DNA from: Polyangiaceae bacterium
Lineage (GTDB): Bacteria > Myxococcota_A > Polyangia > Polyangiales > Polyangiaceae
NCBI GenBank assembly: GCA_044224495.1
Contig: JBGAKG010000005.1
Span: forward strand, 236,711-300,710
Length of the DNA stretch: 64,000 nucleotides
Direction of reading: 5' to 3'
Shown here: in pieces, positions 46,516-56,327 of the stretch
Numbering within the stretch: the first letter of the stretch is position 1
Layout of the letters: every line of letters starts with the position of its first letter
The notes under the pieces: generated by a model
The model's database searches: none
The model's input: the letters and a program-made list of their open reading frames with translations, nothing else
What the model was told of the DNA's origin: nothing
Made by a program: the position numbers and the translations under genes

Positions 46516-47211
46516 GTGGAGGCTTCCATGCGGCACGGGTGGATGCTCTTGGCAGGTGTGCTGGCGTTCGCAGCGACGGGCTGCGCGACCGGTCAAGCGA
46601 CGGACGAAGACGACGGCGGCACCACCGGCGACGCCGCGCCTCCGAAGGACGGCGGCAAGACCGACGGGAGCAACGGCTGCCCCACCGGCAAGGCGGGCAC
46701 GAACTGCGCGTCGTGCGCGAGCGGCTACCACGCGTGCGGCACCGACTGCCGGCCGGACCTCGGCAACGATCCCAAGAACGGTTGCTCGCACGGCTGCGGC
46801 GAAGCCTGCAAACCGCCCGCCCACTCCACGGCCAAGTGCACGAGCCAGGGCACCTGCGACTTCACGTGCGACCAGGGCTACACGCCGAGCGGCGGCGGCG
46901 ATGCGGGCGCGGGCTCGTGCGGCTGTCCGATCGGTCAGGTCGACTGCAACGGGACGTGTCAGCAGTGCTGCACCGCGTCGGACTGCCCGGCGAACGTCCA
47001 GTGCAACGGCGGCTCCTGCAGCGGGTGCGTCCCCGATTGGGGCGACTGCAACTCGAACCCGAGCGACGGCTGCGAGACGAAGCTCGACTCGAAATCGAAC
47101 TGCGGAGCATGCGGGAACAAGTGCTGCGGGAGCGTCTGCGGGTGCGGCTTCCTCGGCCTCGGCGGCGAGAGCTGCAACGTCAGTGGCAACACGCACAAGT
47201 GCGGTTGCTGA
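46516..47211 (+). CDS. Cys-rich secreted lipoprotein (32 Cys in 231 aa; repeated CxxC/CGxC units), hypothetical
   Basis: Signal + lipobox LAFAATGC; Gly/Asp/Thr linker then repeated 'C.SG..AC', 'CGxxC', 'NCGACGNKCCGSVCGC' modules; GC3-rich. Confidence 0.55.
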   Translation: MEASMRHGWMLLAGVLAFAATGCATGQATDEDDGGTTGDAAPPKDGGKTDGSNGCPTGKAGTNCASCASGYHACGTDCRPDLGNDPKNGCSHGCGEACKPPAHSTAKCTSQGTCDFTCDQGYTPSGGGDAGAGSCGCPIGQVDCNGTCQQCCTASDCPANVQCNGGSCSGCVPDWGDCNSNPSDGCETKLDSKSNCGACGNKCCGSVCGCGFLGLGGESCNVSGNTHKCGC

Positions 47212-47264
47212 CAAGCTCGTGACGTGACACCCGGCCCCGCCCACGGTAAGAACCCACCGAATCC

Positions 47265-48317
47265 ATGGGTTTCGAGCTGATCGGAACAGGCCACTACGTG
47301 CCGGGTCCGCCCGTCACGAACGACATGCTCGCGAAGGTGATGCACACCTCCGACGAGTGGATTGCAAAGCGCTCGGGCATTCGCCAGCGCCACTTCGCGC
47401 CTGACGGCGTCGGCGCGAGCGACCTCGCCGTCGAGGCGGCGAAGAAGGCGATCGCAGCCGCGGGCATCTCGAAGGAAGAGATCGACTACGTCGTCTTCGC
47501 GACGATGACGCCCGATTACATCTTCCCAGGGCCCGGCGCGCTCCTCGCCGCGAAGCTCGGGTTGAAGGACGTCCCCGCGCTCGACATCCGCCAGCAGTGT
47601 GCGGCGATGATCTTCGGGCTGCAGATCATCGACGGGCTGATCATGTCGGGCGCGGCCAAGACGATTCTCTTCGTCGGCGCCGAGGCGCACGCGGGCTTCA
47701 TGCCGTGGGAGGACTGGAGCCCCCTCGAGCCGGGCACCACGAAGGAAGCCACGGAAGAAGAGAAGGCGCGCACCGACGAGCATCGCGCGCTCGCCATTCT
47801 CTTCGGGGACGGCGCGGGCGCGATGATCTTCCGCAAGACCGATCGCGACGCGGGCCTCAAGGGCTCGATCGTGCACACCGACGGCGAAGGCGGGCACCTG
47901 CTCTACGTGAAGGGCGGCGGCTTCCGGACGCGCCCGTACTGGAAGCAGAAGATGCTCGACGAGCGCGAGTACATCCCGCGCATGGATGGGAAAGAGATCT
48001 TCAAGTACGCGGTGACGAAGCTCCCGAAGACCGCGCGCGAGCTCTGCGAGAAGGCGGGGGTCTCGATCGAGCAGATCTCCTGGTTCCTCGCCCACCAAGC
48101 GAACCAGCGCATCAACGATCACATCCGCGAGACGCTGCGGGTGCCAGCCGAGAAGATGCCGATGAACATCGAACGGTTCGGCAACACGAGCGCGGGGACG
48201 ATCCCGATCCTGGTCGACGAGCTCACCAAGAAGGGCGTCCTCAAGCGCGGCGAGCTCAACATGATGCTCGCGCTCGGCGCCGGGATTCACTGGGGTTGCG
48301 CGCTCGTGAAGTGGTGA
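47265..48317 (+). CDS. fabH: beta-ketoacyl-ACP synthase III
   Basis: 350 aa; active-site Cys context 'QQCAAMIFGL', His/Asn 'LAHQANQRI', 'GNTSAGTIP'. Confidence 0.85.
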   Translation: MGFELIGTGHYVPGPPVTNDMLAKVMHTSDEWIAKRSGIRQRHFAPDGVGASDLAVEAAKKAIAAAGISKEEIDYVVFATMTPDYIFPGPGALLAAKLGLKDVPALDIRQQCAAMIFGLQIIDGLIMSGAAKTILFVGAEAHAGFMPWEDWSPLEPGTTKEATEEEKARTDEHRALAILFGDGAGAMIFRKTDRDAGLKGSIVHTDGEGGHLLYVKGGGFRTRPYWKQKMLDEREYIPRMDGKEIFKYAVTKLPKTARELCEKAGVSIEQISWFLAHQANQRINDHIRETLRVPAEKMPMNIERFGNTSAGTIPILVDELTKKGVLKRGELNMMLALGAGIHWGCALVKW

Positions 48318-48364
48318 CGTGAACTAACGCGGGGGCTCCGACAGCGGGCTGCTACACTGGCCCC

Positions 48365-48994
48365 ATGAGCTTCCCTCGTGCCCTCCTGGTCGCGCTCGCC
48401 GCGGCCGGGGGTCTCGCCATCGCTTCGGACGCCGGCGCCTCCGTCTCGCTCGCGGTGCTCTTCGACGACCTCGTCGCCGAGAGCAACACCGTCGACGTCG
48501 TCACGCCAACCGAGTCGCACTCCGTCTGGGAGAACGGCCGGATCGTCACGTACACGAAGGTGCACGTCGACGACGCCGTCGCGGGCAGCGCTGCCTCCGG
48601 GAGCGACGTCTGGGTGCAGACGCTCGGGGGCGAAGTCGGCGACGTCGGGCAGATGGTCGAGGGCGAGCCCAACCTCGTCGTCGGCAAGCCGTTCTTGGTC
48701 TTCCTGCGGCCCGGCCCGACGAGCGGCACCTATTGGGTCACCGCCCGCGCGCAGGGACAGTTCGTCGTGAAGCGCGAGGTCGGAGGGAGCGGGACCGCGG
48801 TGCTTCGCCTCCAGCGCAACGCGGCCGTGGGCGCCATCCTCGCGCCGCGGACCGAATCCGTCTCGCTCGCGCAGAAGCGCGCCCCCGCGTTTCCGATCGC
48901 CGCCACGCCGGCGCAGGGGGCGCTCGATGCGCGCGTGCTCGACGACGCCACGAAGGACATCCGCGCCGCTTGGACGAGGACGCATGCGCGCTGA
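48365..48994 (+). CDS. hypothetical secreted protein
   Basis: 209 aa; cleavable signal peptide; GC3-rich codon usage; no recognisable motif. Confidence 0.5.
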   Translation: MSFPRALLVALAAAGGLAIASDAGASVSLAVLFDDLVAESNTVDVVTPTESHSVWENGRIVTYTKVHVDDAVAGSAASGSDVWVQTLGGEVGDVGQMVEGEPNLVVGKPFLVFLRPGPTSGTYWVTARAQGQFVVKREVGGSGTAVLRLQRNAAVGAILAPRTESVSLAQKRAPAFPIAATPAQGALDARVLDDATKDIRAAWTRTHAR

Positions 48995-49964
48995 GGCCGA
49001 GCCGCCGCTCGGGCGGCTCCGACGCGCGACCGTCGGCGCGCTCGCGGGTGCCGCCATGCTCGTGGTCGGCGCCGCCGACGCGCACGCGTTCTGCCGCACC
49101 ATGTCGAGCAAGATGTCGCCCGACTTCACGCCGTCGGCGGAGCGCCCGTGCTGGGACCAAGGCGTTCCGCTCTACTGGGCGAACCGCTGCGTCGGCTACA
49201 GCCTCCAGCGCGATGCGAGCCGCCAGATCTCGTACGACGACGTGACCAACTCCCTGACCGCCGCGTTCACGCGCTGGGCCTCCGTGAGCTGTCCCACCGA
49301 GGAGGGCTCCGCCCAGGTCAGCATCGACATCCGCTTCCTCGGGCCGGTCGAGTGTTCGCGTGTACAATACAACTCCGATCCGGCGGTCGGAAACGCGAAC
49401 GTCGTCATGTTCCGCGACGACGTGTGGCCGCACAACGACGCGAACAACACGCTCGGCCTCACGACCGTCAGCTACAACCCCAAGACCGGTGAGCTGTACG
49501 ACGCGGACATGGAGATCAACTCCGCGAACGTGAAGCTCGTCGCGCGCGATCCGGTCCCGCCCGACGGCTACGACTTCGCGAGCATCGTGACCCACGAGGC
49601 AGGCCACTTCCTCGGGATGGCCCACTCGCCCGACACCCACGCGACGATGTACGCGAGCTACCGCCAAGGCTCGACGACGCTGCGCTATCTCGCGGCGGAC
49701 GACGTCGACGGGATCTGCACCGCCTACCCGCCCGACGGCACGCGCGGCACCGCCGCCGGCCGCGTGCCCGCCCCCGCGTGCGATCCGACGCCGCGCCACG
49801 GCTACGCGTCGGAGTGCATCCCCTCGCCCACGTCGACCAAGAGCTGCAGCGCGTCCGGCGCCGGTGAAGAGGGCCCGAGCGACCGCGCCGCGCTGTTCGT
49901 CTTCGCGCCGCTCGCGATCGCGCTCGGCCGCCGCATCGCGCGGAGGGGCGCGCCGCGCGCATGA
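48984..49964 (+). CDS. matrixin-like zinc metalloprotease, secreted (HEAGHFLGMAHS)
   Basis: ATG 48984 (ORF opens 48927) giving signal peptide RRATVGALAGAAMLVVGAADAHA; HExxHxxGxxH zinc site; C-terminal Cys then Gly/Ala-rich hydrophobic tail and basic end. Confidence 0.7.
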   Translation: MRAEAEPPLGRLRRATVGALAGAAMLVVGAADAHAFCRTMSSKMSPDFTPSAERPCWDQGVPLYWANRCVGYSLQRDASRQISYDDVTNSLTAAFTRWASVSCPTEEGSAQVSIDIRFLGPVECSRVQYNSDPAVGNANVVMFRDDVWPHNDANNTLGLTTVSYNPKTGELYDADMEINSANVKLVARDPVPPDGYDFASIVTHEAGHFLGMAHSPDTHATMYASYRQGSTTLRYLAADDVDGICTAYPPDGTRGTAAGRVPAPACDPTPRHGYASECIPSPTSTKSCSASGAGEEGPSDRAALFVFAPLAIALGRRIARRGAPRA

Positions 49965-50890
49965 AGCACGCCTCTCTCTGGCTCCGGGGCACCGCTGCGC
50001 TCGCGGTGCTCGCGGCGGCGAGCGCCCCGCGGACCGCCGAAGCGTTCTGCCGCACGACCACGATCCAGAAGCCGGCGTCGTTCAGCGAGGTCGTCCAGCA
50101 GCAGTGCTTCACCGACGGCAAGCCCCTCTGGTGGGCCGGTCGCTGCGTGGGCTACAGCCTCAACGCGAGCGGCTCGAAGAAGCTCGGCTTCGCGGACATC
50201 GAGAACACGCTCAAGAGCTCGGTCGCGACGTGGTCGTCCGTCTCGTGCCCGACCGCCGGGGGCTCGGGGCAGGTCAGCATCGATCTCCGCTACCTCGGTC
50301 CCGCGTCGTGCGACAAGGTCGCCTTCAGCGGCGACGGCGGCAACGTGAACGTCGTCGTGTTCCGCGACGACTCGTGGCCCGCGGACCAGGACCCCGAGCA
50401 CGTCATCGCGCTCACGACGGTCCAGTACAACACGACCACCGGCGAGCTCCGCGGTTGGGACATGGAGCTCAACACCGCCAACCAGAACATCACCCTGGAC
50501 GGCGCGGGGAACAGCATCGCGCTCTCCGGCGTGCTCACGCACGAGACCGGTCACGTCCTTGGCTTCGCGCACAGCACCGACAAGACGGCGACGATGTACG
50601 AGAAGTACAACTCGACGATCGGCACGCTGAAGCAGGACGACATCGACGCGATCTGCACCGTCTATCCACCGGACGGAACGCGGCCCACCGCCGACGGAAC
50701 GCGCACCGCGCTCGCGTGCGATCCCACGCCCCCGCGCGGGTACGAGCCCGACTGCGCGGCGAGCTCGGGCGGCTGCTCGTGCGACGCCGCCGGCGGCGGC
50801 GGTGCCCCGGGCGCGCTCGGTCTCGCGGCGTTCGGTGCGGTCGGCCTCGCGGTGGTGCGCCGGACGCGGCGCCGAAGGACTGGGGGATGA
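49961..50890 (+). CDS. matrixin-like zinc metalloprotease paralog with MYXO-CTERM-like sorting tail (HETGHVLGFAHS)
   Basis: ATG overlaps upstream paralog stop (ATGA); signal peptide; C-terminus 'GCSCDAAGGGGAPGALGLAAFGAVGLAVVRRTRRRR' = Cys + Gly-rich + TM + Arg cluster. Confidence 0.7.
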   Translation: MKHASLWLRGTAALAVLAAASAPRTAEAFCRTTTIQKPASFSEVVQQQCFTDGKPLWWAGRCVGYSLNASGSKKLGFADIENTLKSSVATWSSVSCPTAGGSGQVSIDLRYLGPASCDKVAFSGDGGNVNVVVFRDDSWPADQDPEHVIALTTVQYNTTTGELRGWDMELNTANQNITLDGAGNSIALSGVLTHETGHVLGFAHSTDKTATMYEKYNSTIGTLKQDDIDAICTVYPPDGTRPTADGTRTALACDPTPPRGYEPDCAASSGGCSCDAAGGGGAPGALGLAAFGAVGLAVVRRTRRRRTGG

Positions 50891-52092
50891 GCTCCGCGAG
50901 CCTCGTCGTGGTCGCGGGCGAAGCGTCCGGCGACCGCGCCGCCGCTGCCGTCGTGGCGGAGCTCCACCGCGAGAGCCCCGAGCTCGCCTGCTTCGGGATC
51001 GGCGGACCGGCGTGCGCCGCGGCGGGCGTGCGCTTCGTCGCCGACGCACCCTTCGGGGCGGCCGGCTTCTTCCCCGTGCTGCGGCGCGCCGCTTCCGTGG
51101 TTCGAAGCTTCCGCGCGATCGTGGCCGCGGCGCGCGCGGAGCGCCCGGCCGCCGCGTTGCTGGTGGATTGGACGGAGTTCAACCAGCGCCTCGCCCCCGA
51201 GCTCCGCGCGCTCGGGACGAAGGTCCTCTGGTACGGCGCCCCGCAAGTGTGGGCGTGGCGCGCCTCGCGCCTCCGGACCCTCGCGCCCCGCGTCGACGCG
51301 ATGGCGGTCGTCCTTCCGTTCGAGGAAGCGCTCTGGCGGAGCGCCGGCGCCGACGCGACGTACGTCGGGCATCCGTCCCTGCGCCCGCTCCCCGAGCCGC
51401 CCGCGCGCGTCGAGCTCCGGCGCGCCCTCGGGCTCGCTCCGGGGCGCGCGCTCGCGCTCCTGCCCGGCAGTCGTCCCGCCGAGGTACGAGCCCTCCTCGA
51501 GCCGATGCTCGACGCTGCGGTGCGGCTCCGGCGCGAGCTCCTGGCGGTCGAGCCGCGCCTGGTCCTCGCGCCCGGCCTCCCGGTCGAGCTCGCGGCGTGG
51601 GCGCGGGGTGCCGGATCGGCGGCAGGCGTCCCCGTGCTCGCCGCGTCCCCCGACGGCGCGAGCGAGCTCCTCCCGGCGTTCGACGGCGCGCTCGTCGCAT
51701 CGGGGACCGCGTCGCTCGAGGCAGCGCTCGCCGGCGCGCATCCGGTCGTCGCGTACCGGACCGACCGCGCCACCGCGGCGTTGCTCGGGCTCCTCGTCCG
51801 AACGCCCTGGATTGCGCTCCCGAACGTGATCCTGGGGCGCGGCGAGTGGCCCGAGCTCCTGCAGAACGACGCCTCCGGTCCCCGGATGGCGGCCGAGATG
51901 CGGAAAGTTCTCGAACGCCGCGCGCGCTTGGACGATGCTGCGCGCGAGCTTCGCGAATGTCTCGGAGAGGAAAGAAACCCAAGAAGTCTGGTCGCAGCGC
52001 GCCTGCGCGCGTGGCTTCCGAGCGGAAGCCGACCGGAGCCGCAACGCCCACGGCGACCCGCCCCAAGTTCGACAACCTCTTCCTCGCCCTGA
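50887..52092 (+). CDS. lpxB: lipid-A-disaccharide synthase
   Basis: 401 aa from ATG 50887 (ATGA overlap with protease stop); 'VVAGEASGD' N-terminal motif and GT-B fold pattern; last ~45 codons overlap next gene and look atypical. Confidence 0.7.
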   Translation: MSSASLVVVAGEASGDRAAAAVVAELHRESPELACFGIGGPACAAAGVRFVADAPFGAAGFFPVLRRAASVVRSFRAIVAAARAERPAAALLVDWTEFNQRLAPELRALGTKVLWYGAPQVWAWRASRLRTLAPRVDAMAVVLPFEEALWRSAGADATYVGHPSLRPLPEPPARVELRRALGLAPGRALALLPGSRPAEVRALLEPMLDAAVRLRRELLAVEPRLVLAPGLPVELAAWARGAGSAAGVPVLAASPDGASELLPAFDGALVASGTASLEAALAGAHPVVAYRTDRATAALLGLLVRTPWIALPNVILGRGEWPELLQNDASGPRMAAEMRKVLERRARLDDAARELRECLGEERNPRSLVAARLRAWLPSGSRPEPQRPRRPAPSSTTSSSP

Positions 52093-53621
52093 CCGCGCTC
52101 TCCGCGGTGATGCTCGCGGTGCGCTTCTACGCGGCGAGCACGGTGGGGTTCGGGGACAGCGAGGCGCTCTACGTCGCGTACGGCCTGCACCCGCAACCCG
52201 CCTACCTCGATCACCCCGGTCTCGTCGGCGCGTTCGCGAGCGCGCTGAAGGGCGAAGGCGCACCCGCTCCCGAAGACGTCCACCGCATCACGGCGGTGCT
52301 CGCGACGATGGCACCGTGGATCGTGTCGGTCGTGGCGAAGGCGCTCGGAGCGACGGCGCGCGCCTCGTACGTGGCGGCGATGGTGTGCTTGGCCGCGCCG
52401 GTGCTCGGGATCGGATTGTTCGCACTGACGCCCGACCTGCTCCTCTTCTTCACGTGGCTCGGTGCGCTCGGGATGGCTGCCGGCGCGCTCGAGACACCGG
52501 CTCCGGCGACGGTGAAGGGCAAGGCGGCTCCGCCACCGGCGCGCTTCGCCGCGCTCGCGCTCGGCGCAGGCCTCTTCGCGGGAGTCGCCGCGTCCGCCAA
52601 GATCACCGGCATTCTCCTGTTCCCCGCCTTCGCGTGGGCGTGGGCGACGAGCCCGCACCGGCGCTCGCCGTGGCCGTGGCTGGGCCTGGCGCTCGGGATC
52701 CTCCCGCTCTGGCCGATCGTCGGGTGGGAGGCGAGCCACGGCTTTGCGATGCTCCACCACCGCTTCGTCGACACGCAGGGCGGCGCGGGCTTCTCCTTCC
52801 GCAACGTCGGAGCGCTCTTCGGTGGGCAGCTCCTCTACGTTTCCCCGATCCTCGCCGTGGTCGCCGGCTTCGTCGCGCGCGACCTGATCCGGCGCCGCGC
52901 CGAAGACGCGGTGACGGGGCTGCTCTTCCGCGTGTTCGTCGTCGCCGGCATCCCGCTCGTGCTGCTCATGCTCTGGAGCCGGGTCGCCGAGCCGCACTGG
53001 CTGGCGCCCGCGCTGCTCGTCCTCCCGATCCACGGCGCACGCAAGCTCGTCCCCTTCGGGCAGGAGGCGGCGGATGCGGCGGGGGACGCCACGAACCCGC
53101 ACGCGAGCCGGTGGCGCAAGGTCACGATCGCGGGCGGCGTGCTCGGCCTCGTGATGACGGCGGCCGTGCACGCGTGGGTGCTCGTCCCCTCGGCGCTGAG
53201 CCTCGCGCCCAAGAGCTACGACGCCAAGGTCGACATCACGAACGAGCTCTTCGGCTGGCGCGACGCGATCGAACAGGTGCGCGAGCTCGAGGCGGAGCTC
53301 TCCGTCGACGGCTCGACCGTCACCATCGTGAGCACGACGTGGATGCAGTGTGCGCAGCTCGCCGCCCAGCTCCCCAAACACCAGATCGGGTGCGCCACCG
53401 ACCATCCCACCGACTTCGACGGTTGGTACCCGCGGAGCGAGTGGGAGAAGTCGGATCGCATCATCCTCGTCACGGACAACCGCTTCGACGTCGACACCGC
53501 GAACGTGGTCTCGACCCATGCGCCGACGCGCGTCGAGCGCGTCACGGTGTTCCGCGGCGGGCAGCTCGCGCGAACGTTCCGCCTCACCGTCCTCGAGAAG
53601 CGGGCGATCGGCCTCAACTGA
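51957..53621 (+). CDS. GT39/ArnT-like glycosyltransferase (polytopic membrane)
   Basis: 554 aa from ATG 51957; Lys/Arg-rich cytoplasmic N-terminus, ~11 TM helices, periplasmic C-terminal domain; alternative start GTG 52107/ATG 52110 just after lpxB stop. Confidence 0.65.
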   Translation: MSRRGKKPKKSGRSAPARVASERKPTGAATPTATRPKFDNLFLALTALSAVMLAVRFYAASTVGFGDSEALYVAYGLHPQPAYLDHPGLVGAFASALKGEGAPAPEDVHRITAVLATMAPWIVSVVAKALGATARASYVAAMVCLAAPVLGIGLFALTPDLLLFFTWLGALGMAAGALETPAPATVKGKAAPPPARFAALALGAGLFAGVAASAKITGILLFPAFAWAWATSPHRRSPWPWLGLALGILPLWPIVGWEASHGFAMLHHRFVDTQGGAGFSFRNVGALFGGQLLYVSPILAVVAGFVARDLIRRRAEDAVTGLLFRVFVVAGIPLVLLMLWSRVAEPHWLAPALLVLPIHGARKLVPFGQEAADAAGDATNPHASRWRKVTIAGGVLGLVMTAAVHAWVLVPSALSLAPKSYDAKVDITNELFGWRDAIEQVRELEAELSVDGSTVTIVSTTWMQCAQLAAQLPKHQIGCATDHPTDFDGWYPRSEWEKSDRIILVTDNRFDVDTANVVSTHAPTRVERVTVFRGGQLARTFRLTVLEKRAIGLN

Positions 53622-53667
53622 CCAACCTGGCGGCGGGCTGGTTTTTCCGCTAAGTTCCGCGCCCACG

Positions 53668-54618
53668 ATGACCGCCGAGCTCACCCGCGAGTACGTCCGC
53701 GCACTCTACGATCGACCGCTGTTCCAACTCATCGACGAGGCCCGCTCGGTCCACCGCGCGAACCACAAGGACGACGAGGTCCAGCTCTGCACGCTCCTGT
53801 CCGTGAAGACCGGGGGCTGCTCCGAGGACTGCGCCTACTGCCCGCAGTCGAGCCACTACGAGACCACGGTCGAGCCCGAGAAGATGGTCGACGTGAAGGC
53901 CGTCATCGCGAGCGCGCGCAAGGCGAAGGAGCTCGGCTCCACGCGCTTCTGCATGGGTGCCGCCTGGCGCGAGGTGAAGGACGGACCGGCGTTCGATCGC
54001 GTCATCGAGATGGTCCGCGGCGTGAAGGCCGAGGGGCTCGAGGCGTGCGTGACGCTCGGCATGCTGACCGAGACGCAGGCGGCGCGGCTGAAGGAAGCCG
54101 GGCTGGACGCGTACAACCACAACCTCGACACGAGCCGCGAGAACTACCGCTCGATCATCAAGACGCGCACGTTCGACGATCGCCTGAACACGCTGAAGAA
54201 CGTCCGCAAGGCGGGCATCACCGTGTGCTCCGGCGGCATCATCGGCATGGGCGAGTCGATCGACGATCGCTGCGAGATGCTCCGCACGCTCGCGAACCTC
54301 TCCCCGCAGCCCGAGAGCGTCCCGATCAACGCGCTCGTCGCCGTGCCCGGCACCCCGCTCGCGGAGATGCCGCCCGTCGATCCGCTCGACCTCGTTCGCA
54401 TGATCGCGGTCGCCCGCATCCTGATGCCGAAGACGCGGGTTCGTCTCTCGGCCGGCCGCACCTCGCTCGGGCGCGAGGCGCAGCTCCTCTGCATGTTCGC
54501 GGGCGCGAACTCGATCTTCTACGGCGACACGCTCCTCACCACGCCGAACCCCGGCGAGGACGAAGACCGCTCGCTCCTCCGCGCCGCCGGGCTCACCGCG
54601 CAGGCGCCCGCGGTCTGA
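53668..54618 (+). CDS. bioB: biotin synthase
   Basis: 316 aa from ATG 53668; radical SAM '[10 protein letters not shown]', [2Fe-2S] ligands, 'YNHNLDTS' motif. Confidence 0.9.
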   Translation: MTAELTREYVRALYDRPLFQLIDEARSVHRANHKDDEVQLCTLLSVKTGGCSEDCAYCPQSSHYETTVEPEKMVDVKAVIASARKAKELGSTRFCMGAAWREVKDGPAFDRVIEMVRGVKAEGLEACVTLGMLTETQAARLKEAGLDAYNHNLDTSRENYRSIIKTRTFDDRLNTLKNVRKAGITVCSGGIIGMGESIDDRCEMLRTLANLSPQPESVPINALVAVPGTPLAEMPPVDPLDLVRMIAVARILMPKTRVRLSAGRTSLGREAQLLCMFAGANSIFYGDTLLTTPNPGEDEDRSLLRAAGLTAQAPAV

Positions 54619-54685
54619 CGCGTCAACGGCTCGTTGCCGGGCTTCGGGACGAGGTCACGGCGTTGGCGGCGTCGGTATCGGTGTG

Positions 54686-54820
54686 AAGACGAGGACGTGC
54701 AGGAGGGACGTGGACGAGGACGTCGGATCGAGCACGGGCTACGACGACGACTACGGCCACGAGTAGGAGGCACGTGGACGATCGGTCGAGGACGTTTCTT
54801 CGAGGAGGAGGACGTGAGAG
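54686..54820. repeat. array of five GAGGACGT(G) copies plus one CACGTG in 135 bp between convergent bioB and lipoprotein genes
   Basis: Copies at 54693, 54706(GGGACGT), 54717, 54789, 54809; CACGTG at 54771; no convincing ORF. Confidence 0.6.
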
Positions 54821-54916
54821 CCAGACGAACCTGGGCGACGCCGGCGACGAGCGCCACCGCCCCGGCACCGGCAACGCCGGCGCCGAAGCGGAGGCCGAGG
54901 CGCGAGCGCCGAGCCT

Positions 54917-56170
54917 TCACGGGCACGAGATCTTCTCGATGAACGCGGCGGTGCCGTTCGCGTGGCCGCGGTAGTAGATCGCCCCGTTCGAGTACGCGAT
55001 GTGGTTGATCGAGCCGGTGCCGTAGTCGTCGGAGGGACCGATGACGGCGGGGAGCGCGAGCTCGAGCGCCGGGTGCGACGCCTTCGCGTCGTAGCCGCTC
55101 GGGAAGTTGTCGATGTTGCGGCCCGTGCCCGCGGCGAGCGTGAGCTTGCCGTCCAGGCTCAGGTACCAGACGTACCCGGCGCCCGCGACGATGAGGCTCT
55201 TCCCGTCGTTGGTGATCCCGCTGACCCCGGGGTCGCTGCCCTGCTGCACGGGCGGGAACGTGTCGGAGCCGCCACCGAGGATCGTGGTGAGCGCGCCCGT
55301 AGTCGTGTCGATCTGGATCACGTACGAGTGGTTCGCCGCGTCGCCACCGGCCGCGTAGAGCTTGCCACCGAGCACGGTGAAGTTCCGGATCTCGTTGATC
55401 GAGCCCGAGGCGACGGCGAGCGTCGCGAGCGTGCTCACCTTCCCCGCCGGATCGATCTTGCGCACGAGCCCGGCGCCGTTCGTCGTCTTGTGGTCGAACA
55501 CGTAGACGTTGCCGGCGTCGTCGGCCACGAGCCCGCGCAGGTTCTCGAACGTGGCGGCGCTACCGATGCCGTCGTCGTTGCCGCCCTTGGGCAGCGTGCT
55601 CTCCGTCGAAGGGTCGAGGCCCGTGAGCGGGCCCGCGGTGCCCGCGAGCGAGCTCACGGTGCACGTCGCCGGGTTCGACGGGTTCGTGACTTTGACGACC
55701 GCGTTCGCCCACATGTCCGTCGCCACGAGGCTCCCGTCCGGCAGCGCCGCGAGCCCGCGGATCTGCGTCAGCGACGCTTGCGCGCACGGCCCCATCTTGA
55801 AGTCGTACGTGCTGCCCGACGGGGTCTTGCCGGCGATCCGCGTCTCGACCGGGTTCGGCGCGGAGAGATCGACGTCCCAGAGCTCGCTCTCCTGGCGCGT
55901 GAAGAGGTGCCCCTTCGAGAAGACGAGGTTCTGCCACCCGAGCGGCGGATCCGCCTTGATCCCGGTTCCGCTCGTCGGTCGATCGAGCGGCTGTCCGTCG
56001 TAGACGGGGTTGCCGGCGAACCAGGTGCCGTTCGAGCACACGGAGCCTTGCGGGTTGGGCCCGCCGTCACCGCCGCCGCCGCCGCCGTCCGAGTCGCCGT
56101 TGGTCGTCGACTCGAGCACGCACGCGGACAGCAAGAGAAACGCTCCGATCACACCAATCTGAATCTTCAT
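54917..56170 (-). CDS. secreted lipoprotein with NHL/beta-propeller-like repeats, hypothetical
   Basis: ATG 56170 (GGAGG 6 nt upstream; ORF track start 56173 is TTG); lipobox LLLSAC; poly-Gly linker; repeated 'G.VYV.D', 'LYAAGGD' blade-like units. Confidence 0.55.
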   Translation of the reverse strand: MKIQIGVIGAFLLLSACVLESTTNGDSDGGGGGGDGGPNPQGSVCSNGTWFAGNPVYDGQPLDRPTSGTGIKADPPLGWQNLVFSKGHLFTRQESELWDVDLSAPNPVETRIAGKTPSGSTYDFKMGPCAQASLTQIRGLAALPDGSLVATDMWANAVVKVTNPSNPATCTVSSLAGTAGPLTGLDPSTESTLPKGGNDDGIGSAATFENLRGLVADDAGNVYVFDHKTTNGAGLVRKIDPAGKVSTLATLAVASGSINEIRNFTVLGGKLYAAGGDAANHSYVIQIDTTTGALTTILGGGSDTFPPVQQGSDPGVSGITNDGKSLIVAGAGYVWYLSLDGKLTLAAGTGRNIDNFPSGYDAKASHPALELALPAVIGPSDDYGTGSINHIAYSNGAIYYRGHANGTAAFIEKISCP

Positions 56171-56217
56171 CAATGGCCTCCAAGGGACGCGAAGTTGCGT
56201 CGGTCGAGCAGAGCCAT

Positions 56218-56233
56218 TGCACTCGGCGTACCG
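56218..56233 (-). promoter_or_regulatory. candidate sigma-54 (-24/-12) promoter CGGTACG-N4-GTGCA for the lipoprotein gene
   Basis: Minus-strand CGGTACGCCGAGTGCA matches TGGCACG-N4-TTGCA at GG and GC with correct spacing, ~50 nt upstream of ATG; sigma-54 activator encoded immediately upstream. Confidence 0.35.
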
Positions 56234-56293
56234 GAGCCCCGATCGCCGAACTCCCGCGATTTTCCCCCGCGATCGACCCCGGATCAGCGCGGG

Positions 56294-56327
56294 TGCAACG
56301 TTGCGTGCAACGCCCGCCGGCGTTGCA
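56294..56327. promoter_or_regulatory. composite palindromes sharing TGCAAC half-sites (GCAACGTTGC; TGCAACGCC-CGCC-GGCGTTGCA) abutting the EBP stop codon; candidate enhancer-binding site and/or terminator
   Basis: 10-bp perfect palindrome 56295-56304 and 9-4-9 perfect inverted repeat 56306-56327; 60-110 nt upstream of the candidate -24/-12 element. Confidence 0.4.

Noticed and set aside
50535-53684. 1049-aa minus-strand ORF antisense to lpxB / GT39 / bioB start
   Set aside because: Its translation is Arg/Ala/Ser-rich with no domain, and it lies opposite three genes with strong motif support.
54634-54942. 102-aa ORF across the bioB-lipoprotein intergenic repeat region
   Set aside because: Its translation is Arg/Glu-rich with no start context. 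The region is better explained as a non-coding repeat array.
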